A stretch of 64,000 nt of DNA from assembly GCF_036321535.1 (NCBI RefSeq), contig NC_087437.1:58034001-58098000 (forward strand), in the 5' to 3' direction. Position 1 is the first letter of the stretch. Each line of letters begins with the position of its first letter. The notes below the pieces were generated by a model. That model was not told the origin of the DNA, did no database searches, and saw only the letters and a program-made list of their open reading frames with translations. Below, piece by piece: positions 52,185 to 64,000 of the stretch. Origin of the DNA: Camelus dromedarius. Taxonomy: Eukaryota. The position numbers and the translations under genes are program-made.

Positions 52185-52345
52185 CAGTGCTTCTCCAACT
52201 TGAATGCACGTGCATAGTCACCTTGGGACCTTGTTAAAATGCGGTTTCTGTTCAGCAGGACCAGGGTAGGGCCTGAGATGCTACATTTCTAGCAAGCTCC
52301 CAGGTGATGCTACCAGTCCAGGAGTCACACATTGAGTAGTAAGGC
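52185..52345. mobile_element. MER5A-type hAT-Charlie element
   Basis: cagtgcttctccaact...ccttgttaaaatgc...gggcctgagatgctacatttctagcaagctcccaggtgatgct. Confidence 0.85.
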
Positions 52346-53443
52346 TTGCAGGCAGCAAGCAAGTGTTTGCAAGCGGAGAGGCCAGAAAAGCTTTGTTTAG
52401 ACGGCATCTTTAGGGGCCAAAAGGGCATCAACACTGCTGCTCTGTTCTGGAGAAAGGTATCCCCACCCCTTTGCACTGCAGCGCCAGGCACCACTACTCA
52501 TTCAGCGGTAACCACCAAGACAGACGACAGGACGAAAACAGAAGAATCCCAGGAATTAAGTTTGGTTTTTCAGGGCCAGTCCTGTACACCTAAATTCAAT
52601 AAACAAGGAAAAATTACCACCCTGCTAGATGTCTGCTTTTAAATCTATTAAGTAATGTCTAAACCAAAGAAATCTGTCTAGAAGTCAAAGCTCAGAGGCC
52701 GAGGCAAGACTTGGGAATCATTAACAAGCTGTGAGGTTAAAAGATCAAAATATCTTGGAAACTCTAGTAAATTCCATCTGATAAAAGAAACAAAACCCAT
52801 TTCAGCACACACGTTCCTAAACAACCATCAAATCTCTGAAGAACTAAAGAAAATTTTTTTAAAGAATGTCTACCTGTAAAAAACTCCAATCCACAAATAC
52901 AATTAGTTCATCTAATGCTTTATGGTCATCAGGTAGACTTGAGGACAGAGTCTTCTGTCCTCAGAGACTGCTCTATTATCTGTTAGATGAGGCATGCCCA
53001 GAGGGCAGGGATTATAATTTATAATCGAGGATTCCCTCCTTTAGCCAGTGTGATATGTGATTAAGCCATTACCATACCATCTCACAGTTCCCCGAGAGGT
53101 TGTTAAGTGCTAGGCAAGCACTAAGCAGTTTACACTAATTATTTCACTTAAAATGCTTTGTCTTCACTCATTGTCTTCTGAAATTTAATTATAAGCTTCT
53201 AAATCCCTCCCCTCTTTGCAAATATTTTTCCTAAAGGGTTCATTCTTGCTTCTCTCAGCAGGGAATGATGTTGCAAGAGAAGGCACTAGCCCTCTGCCTT
53301 GTGAACTCCAGGTCCAATCTATCCAAGGTCTAGAGAAATGGCTCAGACCACGCCCCTCCCTCACCATCCACACACGCATGGCAGGGACCAGCCATGGGAG
53401 GGGTACGGAAGAAACCCACACCCAGCCTTCAACAAACAGACCA

Positions 53444-53784
53444 TGTGCAATAAAAAAAAAAAAAGACAAAAGTCAACTTATTTACAAAACAGAAACAGAC
53501 TCACAGACATAGAAAATAAACTTATGGTTATGAGGGGGGAAAAAGGGGTGGGAAGGGATAAATTGGGAGTTTGGGATTTGCAGATACTAACTACTGTATA
53601 TAAAATAGACAAACAACAAGTTTCTACTGTATAGCACAGGGAACTATATTCAGTAACTTGCAGTAACCTATAATGAAAAAGAATATGAAAAGGAAATTAT
53701 GTATGTATATGCATGATTGAAACATTAGGCTGTACACCAGAAATGGACATAACATTGGAAACTGACAAGTAAAATTTTTTTTAA
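53444..53784 (+). mobile_element. 5'-truncated camelid L1 3'UTR with TSD
   Basis: ttacaaaacagaaacagactcacagacatagaaa...gggataaattgggagtttggg...gcacagggaactatattc; TSD AAACAGACCA at 53434-53443 and 53785-53794. Confidence 0.9.
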
Positions 53785-56059
53785 AAACAGACCAGTGGAA
53801 AAGTCACCAGCAGATAAATTAAAACTCATTTTTTCAGTTGACATAAACACACACACACATACACATACCCCTTATAATTCTGTTCAGAGCAGGCAGAGGG
53901 AATACGTCTGACAAAAGAATTAAAGAAGTCTCCATTAAGAAGTTTTTCAGGCTGGGCTTTGAAATGCTGGTACTTATACATGAAGAAGGAAAAAATAAAA
54001 AATAAACTAAGCACTGAGGCGTGTGAGAGCTGAAACCAGTGAGGAGCTTGGAATGACTGGCATGCAGAGACCCAGACAGCTGGAGCTCCCCAGGGAGGAG
54101 AACTTAATGGACTAGTTATTCTGAGAGGTTCCTTGGCCCTGAATCTCTGAGTTTGCACTTAATCCTTAAGTTTTACTTCATACATGTTACTCTTTGTAAA
54201 AATCTCATTGCATCTTGTCCCAGAAACATTTCCTCAAGACTGCAGCCTGTAGGAAAAGTACAAGACACCTGTCCAGGCCAGGCCCTAGAGCGCGGCACAG
54301 GATGATAAACACGTCCCAAAACAGTTTCTATACACTTGTTCCAGGGTGGCTCAAGCCCAAAGCTGTCACCCAAAATAAGTCACAGAGAAGCAAAAAAAAA
54401 AAAAGCCATGCATCCAGAGTACGAAGACCTGAAAAGTGTTTTGTGGGCTGTTTGCAACATGTACAATGGTAAAACATGATGGTAAAATTTTCCACCCATA
54501 ATGAAAAATAATTCTACCATTTCTAAGATTAAATGCAGTCCAAAAACTTTTGATAAAAAGACTTCAAGTCCTGAATACCCACATCCAGAGAGCTGACACC
54601 CTGCTTAACAAAATTATAAACATGCCGCTGAATTGGTAAGAAACTCGAAAGAATTCAAAGTTTGGACTTCAGAAATGTCTGATCTTCTCTGTAAAGGATA
54701 GGTTTCAAGAAACAAATGTCTAATGCTATTTCTGAAACTATGAGTAGTCAGAAAAACATTTCTTTTTATTTTTCTTTATTTCCAGAACACACAGAAACAA
54801 GAGCAACCTTTTCTTGGCATTCCCTTGGTGTTTCTGAAAACAATTCCTTGGAATAAGTAACTGAAGAAATGTCTCTGCCTCCATCACAGGAGAAGTATGA
54901 AGGCTGAATACATTACAGTCCTGTGTTGATGGTAAAGTAATGTGTAAACAAAAAGTCTCATCATTGTGTAGATAGTCTATTTTCACAGATCACAGTTACC
55001 AAGGGAAATATCCATTAGAAATCAAAGGGACTATGAAAATTTTTCCTACTGTGTTCAACTCTATAGACTTAGGGAAATCACAACCTGAGTGAATCCTAAA
55101 AATTCAAGATACTAGATAAACAAAGGGTTTGTACTTGTCCTTTAAAGAAAGCCTGAGTTTCAGAGGGTGGCGGGCTTAGCTTTTTAGTGCCTGATGGGGC
55201 TTGGTGACAAAAGGTAAACCTGAGCTTCCTGAATAATGTTCTGGGTATTGAAAACCGTCTCATTCGATCTGTTTTGTAAACAATGATTAAGGGGGAAAAA
55301 CCTTACCCATAAAGTTAACAGTTGGCAAACCATGCCTCTTCCTGACTGCACAGGTACAAACTCATAAATTCTAAAAGTCATGGAGCCAAGTGATTGTGCT
55401 TTCTTGTAAAAACCTTTGAAATAAGTGAATTTCAGCAAAAACGACCTGAGACGAGAACATGGCATGAAGTCATAATGGCCACCCTCACCTCTCCCACGGC
55501 AGGTGGGTAACATGACAGGATGTGCAGACCTCTCAGAAATACCAGGTCCAGGCAGAGCGATGGGGAGAGGGAGAAAGAATGGTGATTTTAAAATATTAAT
55601 AATAAAAATTCAAAGACTGTCTTGTGTGGGGAAGAAATGATGGCGACAGGCTCAAAGTTCTTGCATTTTTAGAGGTAATTTTCAGCATTTCTTAACAGCT
55701 TATCTCAAGAAAAAAGGGCACCACTCAGGGGAAGATGAAACCAAAGATTTATTTAGAGTACAAAACACACATCATCTTCTGAATGTTCCACTGGAAGCTT
55801 CCTGCTCAAATTAACTGGGCGAGCCATTTTACCTCAAATAGGTAAGTAAGGTCCTGCCTTGATGTTCCTAAACTTGTTATCTTAGCTCACTCCCCAAAAG
55901 AGACAACTCAGTCTTGGACATAAGTACACACCTCCTTCCTCTTCCCAGCACACACCCACATCAGGGGATGTCAGCACCAGCTCCACCCCCATAGCTGGCA
56001 ACTTTGACCAACGATTCCCATCTCTCTGGGCTTCCATTTCCTTTCCATGACAATGATGG

Positions 56060-56240
56060 TAGCCATTTTTCTTTGGTACCAACTACATGCCAGACGTTGT
56101 GCTAAGAATGTTTTATACTTAATTCAATCTCACAAACATCCAATGAATTGCCCCGAGGGTCAAGGAAGTTAAGACTCATGCCAACATTTAGATAGGAAAA
56201 GAGAAAGCAGGGATTTAGATCAAGGACTGCCCAAAGTCCT
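56060..56240 (-). mobile_element. MIR SINE
   Basis: accaactacatgccagacgttgtgctaag...ttaattcaatctcac...cagggatttaga. Confidence 0.6.
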
Positions 56241-57959
56241 TGCTCTTTGTTCTTTACACATCTCTACACAGCTTTTGGAAAAACAAAGTGTTGAGCCTGA
56301 TGACTGTTAAGGGCCCTTCCAGACCTGATGTTTTATTTCTGATAGTTTTAACCTCCAGGTTCAGAATTCCTTATGTCTGAACTCATCTTGCCGGTGCCTA
56401 ACCATTTGTCTACGGCATGCTCTGGATGGGAAAGGACCGGGATCAGAGCATCAAGGCAGCTCTGGCAGTGGTAGGAGTTTCTCTCCGTCCAGGCTCCCAT
56501 GTAGCTGGGACTCTGTGGTTCCCGTCACCTGCCTGCTGGCATACCTGCCAGCCCTCAGTTTCCTTCCTCCAAGAACATGATCATCCCCTAGCGTATGTGC
56601 AGGAGGAAGTTTTTAAAAACCAGCCTAAACTAAAAACTGCAAGCTGTCTAATATATACTGACACTCTGCTTGAGGCTTTATATGCATTAGCTCAGTAAGG
56701 TCTCAAAAGTCACCATCACCATATTCATGTATTTATTCACTCACGTATCCAGTAAAAATATGGAACATCTTCTCCTTGCCAGGCACTGTCCTGGGTGCTG
56801 GGAGATAACATTAGCCACGTTTATATACACATATGGAACTGGCTCAGAGAGGCAAGTGGCTTGTCAAGCCAGGGACAAAGCAGCAGCAAGCAGAGATTTC
56901 AAAGTCTGTCCTAAGCTTGAAATGGTAGTAAGGGGACAATGCTCTCAGAACATCTCCAATAACTTATTGGCTCAACATCCAACAATAGGGAAAACGCTTT
57001 CACAGACATTATCTCATTTAATGCATGAAATTTTGGATTTGTTTTAAAGAAAATATTGTAACTTCATATTCCCAAATGCTGGGCAGTACAAGTTTATCAA
57101 GAGTAGGTTTGTGTATGTCTCCTTTGAACTTCTGATGAATCCCAGACCTTCATGGCGAGGGACAGGGCCCTTCTTCCCTTATGTAACAGATTGAGCCCTA
57201 TGTGCCCACCTGCACATAAAGCACCACGAGGACAAGTCACCTCACAAATAGCAAATGTTCTGTTCCCAAACTAGGCCTGTTTCTTAAGCCGCCCACTTTA
57301 ATTCAATACAACACACGCTTACTGCATTTCACCTCTATGCTAAAATGTACTTATTTTTCTATCTTCCATAAAGCATATACTCCTAGGGACCTCAGACTAG
57401 TAGTTAATGTGAGATGGAGAAAGGAGATAGGGAGAAAAAAATGAAGATCGTTTCCAGGCTAACGGGTGTAGTTTGATACCAGTATGTGGATAGGCAGATC
57501 CTGTAAAGCCACAGTTTTACATGAGAAACCAGAAATCGAGGGTTTGTTTTTTTTTTCAATAGTCACCTGAAGTATCAGCTATTGTCATCTAATTCAACCG
57601 TGCGTATGTTTTTAATGGTAAGTCTCCAAGCAAAATTCAGGCGGCAGACAGCCAGTACAGAACATCTGGATTAAAATAACAAATGTAACAGGAGAGTCCA
57701 AAAAGCATCCTAGAGGCACTGACTTTCCCTGTCTCCAAATCCTTAAGAGAAAAGCAAAAGGGCGATTTTGCAAATTGACTGTGAGGGAGGGGTGATGACA
57801 GGTGTTCCCGATCTGCAGAACATTTTCAAGGGCTTCCTTCACAGGGCTAGTGTGCCACCAAGTGAGATTCTGAGCGGGCAGTATCTCACACAGCCCCTAG
57901 CACAAGAAGTATACAGCCAAGAAGCATTAATGTTTTCAGTACTAGTGGTAGTAGTATAG

Positions 57960-58060
57960 AAAAAACTCAAACTGGTCTTCCACACGAGCTGTGTAACCTT
58001 CGGCAAGCGACTTAGCCTCTCTGAGATCACCTTCCTCATCTATAAAATGTGCTAGCATAG
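57960..58060 (+). mobile_element. MIR SINE core
   Basis: gctgtgtaaccttcggcaagcgacttagcctctctgag...ttcctcatctataaaatg. Confidence 0.78.
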
Positions 58061-61000
58061 ATCAAGCTTCAATGATTACTGTTACAGAGGTGATAAGAAG
58101 CCCTTCCCAAAGAAAAAAGGTGCTGAAAGAGAAAAGAGAAGCTCCAACCGCTGCAAACACCAGCCAGAAGTTTTAGCAAATTACTTTGAATGGTTTAATC
58201 TGACTCTTGGCACATTATTTAACCTATCTCCACCAACTACTGGGTTAAGAGGAGGGGAAAAACCAAAACCACTTACCTTCCAAGGTTTGGGGGTAAAAGC
58301 ACCTTGTACATGATTATGTGTCAAACAAATTCTACAATCGTTAGCCCAAATATTAAATATAAAATGTCTCTTCCACAAAAGACACGCATGGGACCACCCA
58401 GAATCATGTAAGAAAGTGGTGGCTCCTTGTTGCCAGGACTTCAGGAATTGTGTTATCAGCAACCCCCACTGCATATCGCGTGTACAGTCCATCCTTAGCT
58501 TCCAAAGTACTTTCACACCCAACGGGCTTGCTGGTCCACACCCACCAGTGACCAGGAGTTCAGAAACTTTTGTCCCCTCTTCACAGATGAAGATTCAGAA
58601 ATTGGGTCTCTGAACTCCTAACCCAAAGCATGTCCCCATGGACCACCCCGCCTGCCTGCAGTAGCACATAAAATGCTAGGGAGAAAGGCTCAGAAAAATC
58701 TTAATTTAAAAGGCTATTGAATTCTTTTTAATTTTCTGTCATTGCTTATTAATACGGCCAGTACAAGCAGACTTGGGGCTAATATTTCAGCAATTGAAAA
58801 GCAGAAAGTAGCTCTATAATTACCCTAATGCTTCTAATAGAACTCTACAATGAGCATAGAATTATGTACAGAGGGGGGAAAATTGTATTAGACACCTCTG
58901 AACCTTTCTAAATTATATTACTGAGAACCTTGGCAAATGAGCAGGAAGTATTTAAAGAAGATTAAGATGAATTTCCCATTTGGTGTCCTACTTAATTTGC
59001 ACGAAAATATTTGGCTGTCACCTTCCGTGTAAACTGCCTTCTTGGGGCCTGCCACGGTGAAGTCACAGTCTGCTGATGAGACAGCCCTGAGCTTTTGTAC
59101 CACTAACAGCAGCAGGGGCCAGGTGACCAGACCAACAGGGGCCAAGCTCCCCTAGAATCTAATGAGTCATTCTCCTGAAAGCCACAGGAGGGGATCTGGG
59201 CTTCCCCACGTGTCCTGTGACATGACACCAGGACTTCCTCAAAAGAGAGCAGAAACCACTCTCCAGACATTACCTAGAAAAATAACTAACTGCCCCCAAA
59301 CCAACCACCACAGCAAACCTCCACATCTACCCCAGGGATTTCAAAAGCAGAGCTATTGGATGCAAGTTTCAGCGTCAGTTAAGAGGGATTTGATTCCACG
59401 TTTGGAATCCTAGCATCATAGATCCGAAGGCAGCCCAATTTCCTCATTTGACAGCTGGGGAAAGTGAGGGCTGAAGAGAGGAAGTGAGTTGAAGACGCAC
59501 AATAAGGAACACAGCGAGGTCTCAAATGCCTGTGATATCACAGGATTCTCCACTTCCCGGAACACTTGGGAACGTCCTTAATGCTTCTTAGCCTTGTGGA
59601 GGCAGGCTTCATCAACCACTTCTCAGAGCCCAGTCCAGGTGTTTCCCACGCCCGGGTTCTTCTGTCCCCAGCTGATTTTGGAGGAGAGCATAGCATCCCC
59701 AACTTGTTGACCAGCTCTCTACCGGCTCCCCTGAAGACAAATACAGGGACTTTTTCATCTTGGAGATCTCTACCTCTCATCACAGCAGAGAGGCAACAGG
59801 TAAACGGAGCACCAAACCCAAGGACATTTACAAGCTCTGGAATTTTCTAAACCTTGTTGCCCCTGGTCCGTGATGTACAATCTCATCTCTTTCTGAGAAA
59901 GGTATTGGAACTTCCATTTCTGTTCCTTAACTGGGAGGTGAAGTCCCACCCCTCTGTCCTTTAAGAATCCCTCTTCTCCTCCCCGCCAGCACCCCTCCAT
60001 CCACCTCCCACCTGAGCAGTGGGAACCAGCATTTGACTAGAGATGCACCCACTTCCTGGGGCAGCTATCCCCCCAGGGGAAGACTCCCCTGTGAAGGCTT
60101 CTTCTCACCCAATCACAACACAAGAAGGCAAGACTGATCAGAAAGGTAAGGAGTGGTAAGAAATCTCCTCCTTGTCTGATGTCTCAGAGCGCATTCCCAA
60201 GCCCTTCTCAGCCTCTTCAAGACTCTTCCTGGCATCCAGCTCATCAGCGGCTCCAAGCTCACCCAGCCTCTGCACACAGCAAGCCAGTCACAGGGATTCC
60301 CTACAGAAGTGGGAAATGAAGAGAACTAGGGGTGGGGAGTGGAGGGGAGCTGCTGGGGAATCTCTCCACAGCCCCCACTTCTCAAGGGACCTGTAGGAGC
60401 AGAAGTCTTAATACCTTTACTTCCAGTCCAGTGCCCACCGTCTTCATGTCACCAGCAGGTGCCCAGTCTCCAGCACCACCTTAAATTCTCAGAAAGATCC
60501 GTGTCACCTTAAACTCCATATGCAGACTTGTCAGTGAGAATTCCACATTCTCCCACTACCTGAATATACACCCCAAACCATCTCTAAGTCACGTCTCTCC
60601 CCTAAAGGATCTCCCGCTCTTCTAAGTGAGAATTATTAGTATAAGCATCAGATTTAAAAGCCTCAGCTTTATTTCAATTCCGTTAATCCAGCCAAGCCAG
60701 AGGTTTTCAATCCACGTAGCCTATCACTATGGACTGGGGTGGGGGCTCTTCCCCTCCTGAAGGCCCCTTGGGCTTGTTCTCCGAAGTAGCTGAAATGAGC
60801 ATCCCACTGGGTCAGTCCTATATTTTTTTAAGTGTCTGGGAAACTAATAAAGGCAGGAAAATTTTTTTTTTAAGTTTCCTGGGAAATCTAGCTTTTTATT
60901 TACAAAACTTAAAAAAAATAACTAGGAGCTCCACTCTAAGTACTCAAGAAGATGCTGAACCAAAGTGTGTAAAGAATCAAACTAGATCTTTATTCAGACA

Positions 61001-61939
61001 GCTTTATGTTAGGCTCCTCTGTTCACAGGCTGACCCACTAATCCTATTTAGAGGAAGTAAAAAAGGATTTTCAACCAAAATGTGGAAGAGAAGGGCAGTT
61101 TCATGTACTGTATTGCTCGCTTAAAATATCACACATGCACTAATCTGTAAAGCAACCCTATGAAGTTGGCATTCTCTTCAGAACCTTTAAAAACTAAAAC
61201 AGAGTATAAAATTAAGAGATGAAATACATTCGTTTATCCCTGCGTCATTAAGGAAGAAAAGGTTCAGAAAGGATAGTTTGCTCAAGGTCACACAGCGATC
61301 CAGTAACAGACTCCGGTCTGCCTGACTCCTAAGGCCACATTTTTGTTTCCCACCATCCCACTCTGCTTCTTATAATTTCAGAGACTGACAACTCCTGTTT
61401 ATCTTCTCCTCTTCCATCGATGCTTACTCTCACTTCCAGATCCAGGAGGACCAAAATCATGGGTATTGTTCCTCTCAAACAATGAAATGTGTTTGATCCA
61501 CAAATTTGGCTACAAACATACTGCCGCTGGACCCGAAATTCTCCATGCCAACCTGGTATCCTGTGAGCATTTCAGAGATGTGCGCAACACCAGTCGGCTA
61601 GTTACTGAGCATCTCAAAGGGCGATCACATGGCTCCAAGTCTTTGATATTTGGAGCTCAACTTTGGGATGTCTTGGGTGTCGCTGCAGGAGCTTGCTTAT
61701 GGCTGTGGGACCCCCAGCAGGAGCAGGGGGGCTGGGATTAAAGGAGGCATCCAGACATGAGGTGGGTAAGGGAGGGTCGGGGAGAGAAATCAATAGCTCC
61801 CTTCCCATATTTCTAAAGTGAACATCAAGGTGCAACAATAAATGATTCCTCCATCACAGAGAGAAAGAGGAGACATGAGGAAAGAGAGGATGGGGGAGTT
61901 AATAACAAACATATTCCTTTATACTGAACAGTTTTCCCT

Positions 61940-62120
61940 CAGGAGATCCAACAGCTCTGTACGGGTCAAGAGGTATTTACAAATTGGTGCCAAGTGACAA
62001 AACTGAGGTTCAGAGAGGTTAGGGTCTTGTTCAAGGTCACCAAGCCAGTCAGTAAGGGTGAGAAGACAAGGATTCAGGTTTCCTGACTCTGCACCCAGGG
62101 CTCTTTCTTTTGTACCATCC
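61940..62120 (-). mobile_element. MIR SINE
   Basis: aaactgaggttcagagaggtt...tcaaggtcac...tcctgactc. Confidence 0.75.
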
Positions 62121-62169
62121 GCTAAGAGGCACTACACACCAATACAGATAAAAGTATGACCATGGCTAA

Positions 62170-62270
62170 CTAAGTAGGTAGATAATCACCTACTATGTGC
62201 CAGGCACTGTACTGGAGACTGGGAATATAGTAGTGAACAAAACAGATAAAAATCCCTGAGTGCTCACAAG
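62170..62270 (-). mobile_element. L2 3' end
   Basis: cacctactatgtgccaggcactgtactggagactgggaatatagtagtgaacaaaacagat. Confidence 0.8.
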
Positions 62271-63129
62271 CCTCCTCACACGATGGAGATGGCCTCGCTC
62301 TAGGGGTGAAGTCACCGGCTTTCTAGTTCCCACCCTACCAGGAACTTGCTATGTGGTAGGAGAGATGGACTGAAGACTGGGACAAACTGGAGAAAGGGTG
62401 GCATTTCTATGGAAGGCAGCTGCTGTTCAGTACCAGGTGATTATGGCCACACAAAAAATAAGGTATGGTCCTTCTAATTTTCCAAGTTGGAAATCTGGTT
62501 TTGTGCAAAACCTCCCAACTTTTAAATGTTTGCTCTAAATATTTAAAAACACCATGCTACTCAAATCAAATGCATATACAGGAGAAACCCAAGCCCACAG
62601 GAAACCAGTTCTAAGTCTGATGTGAATCTGGATAATACACGGTCAGACCAAGTGGCCGGTTCCTGACGAAGGGACCACAGAGGCATGGAGTTATTGGTGC
62701 TATAAATCTGTGTGCCCATCAGCATTCTCTATTTTTCAAATATCTATAGATGTTATTATGAAAAAATTCAAAGTAATGTACATGGTTAGCTAAAGTCACA
62801 GTAGCTTTCTATAACTGCTCATCTTTCTCCAATAAATGGATAGTAAAAGTATAACCAGTACCATTTGAACCCTCATAATTTTTTAACTGGTAAAAAAGAC
62901 CCTCATGTTTAGAAAAGGTTGGAAGCAACTGGACTAGACAAGTTCTGAAGCGCACACTTTTATAATTCCACGGCCCTGTGCTGCAGAGAAGTGCGAGACT
63001 CAGAAGAGAGCTCACCTCAACACACCAGGGTATGTACTTCAAACTCAGCACACACGGGGCCATCTCAGTGCCTACTGCGAACTGTGTTCCACCTACCTGC
63101 TCAAGTTCAAGAACAAAAAACCAAGTAGC

Positions 63130-64000
63130 CAACCATATCAGCAGTGTTTACTGAACAACTCTGTTTCCGGCGAGGAGAAAAAGACAAACAAGAACAGAAC
63201 CATGATAATCTATCACTGGGCTCTCATGACAATGGGAAACGTCAGACACCAACCACAAATGACTGCAGATTCATGACTGATCAGGGCAACTGAGACACCT
63301 GGGAAGTCAGACTGCCCACTGAGGAGAATCCACCCTGTCCCGGGCCAGCCTGAACGGCCTTCTCAAGAAGTGATGATCTGAGTGAGCTGAGAACATTTGG
63401 GGAAGTAGAGGTGAAGGCGCTGCACAGGCGTGTGGGAGGAGGGATGGGGCATTCCAGAAAAGGGCTGCAGTGGTGGGGATGAGGGGTTTCCAAAGAACAG
63501 AAAGGCCAGTATGGTAGAAACCAAGAGAGGGAAGGCATCTGAGGTTTGAGATGAGGCGTGAACATAGGAGACCGAGCACTGAGGCCTTCTCATCACATTC
63601 AGAACCTTTCAGGTCGCGACATCAGGACCTGGCCGGAGGTGGAGCCAGAGACATAAGCAGGAGCCAGGTCCCCCAAGGCCCTGTGAAATACGCTAAGGAG
63701 TTTGAACTTTCCGTGAAGAACGATGGCAGGCCCCTGAGGGTTCAGGCATATTTAAAAGGCGACTCAGCATGCAGAATGGACTTAAGAGCTGCATGATTAG
63801 AAGTGGAAAACCCAGGGAGACGATTGCAGTAACCCAGGAAACAGGTAACAGTGGCCTGAAGTGAGGAGGTGACGGTGGGAATGGAGGTGGGAAAAAAAAC
63901 AGAGTCTGGAGGAGGAGGCAGAATGGACAGGCCTCTGTTCCTTTTCAGCTCTGGGGCAGGAGGACGAGACGGGGGCCTCAGGGTGACTCCCAAGTTCCTG
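63130..64000 (-). mobile_element. L2 LINE 3' region, runs to the window end
   Basis: gggcattccag...ctaaggagtttgaacttt...ccagggagacgattgcagtaacccagg...gggtgactcccaagtt. Confidence 0.78.

Noticed and set aside
1..64000. A novel multi-gene biological system or a named host gene
   Set aside because: No intact coding genes, RNA genes or operon-like structure are visible, and the host gene cannot be identified without a database search

Overview
This is mammalian genomic DNA, almost certainly camelid (alpaca, llama or camel). That call rests on four copies of a tRNA-Ala-derived SINE of the Vic-1 type and on cetartiodactyl-type L1 3' ends. The window is essentially non-coding and repeat-rich: MIR and L2 relics, MLT1/ERVL solo LTRs, MER5-type hAT elements, old and younger 5'-truncated L1s with target-site duplications, and microsatellites. 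No ORF in the six-frame track looks like a host protein; the only recognisable peptides are L1 ORF2 C-terminal remnants. L1/LTR orientation bias and several good minus-strand splice signals suggest one or more large introns of a minus-strand gene, with a best exon candidate of 51 nt at 519-569; I could not identify the gene. I found no evidence of a new multi-gene system. The most unusual structures are a ~270-bp fold-back element built of ~29-bp subrepeats (32680-32950), an isolated NRF1/YY1/ETS promoter-like motif cluster near a Z-DNA-prone tract (36613-37130), a RUNX/ETS/GC-box/E-box cluster (~39610), and a hairpin that pairs a consensus 5' splice site (13791-13814). Repeat family names come from recognising consensus-like motifs by eye, and boundaries of old repeats are approximate.
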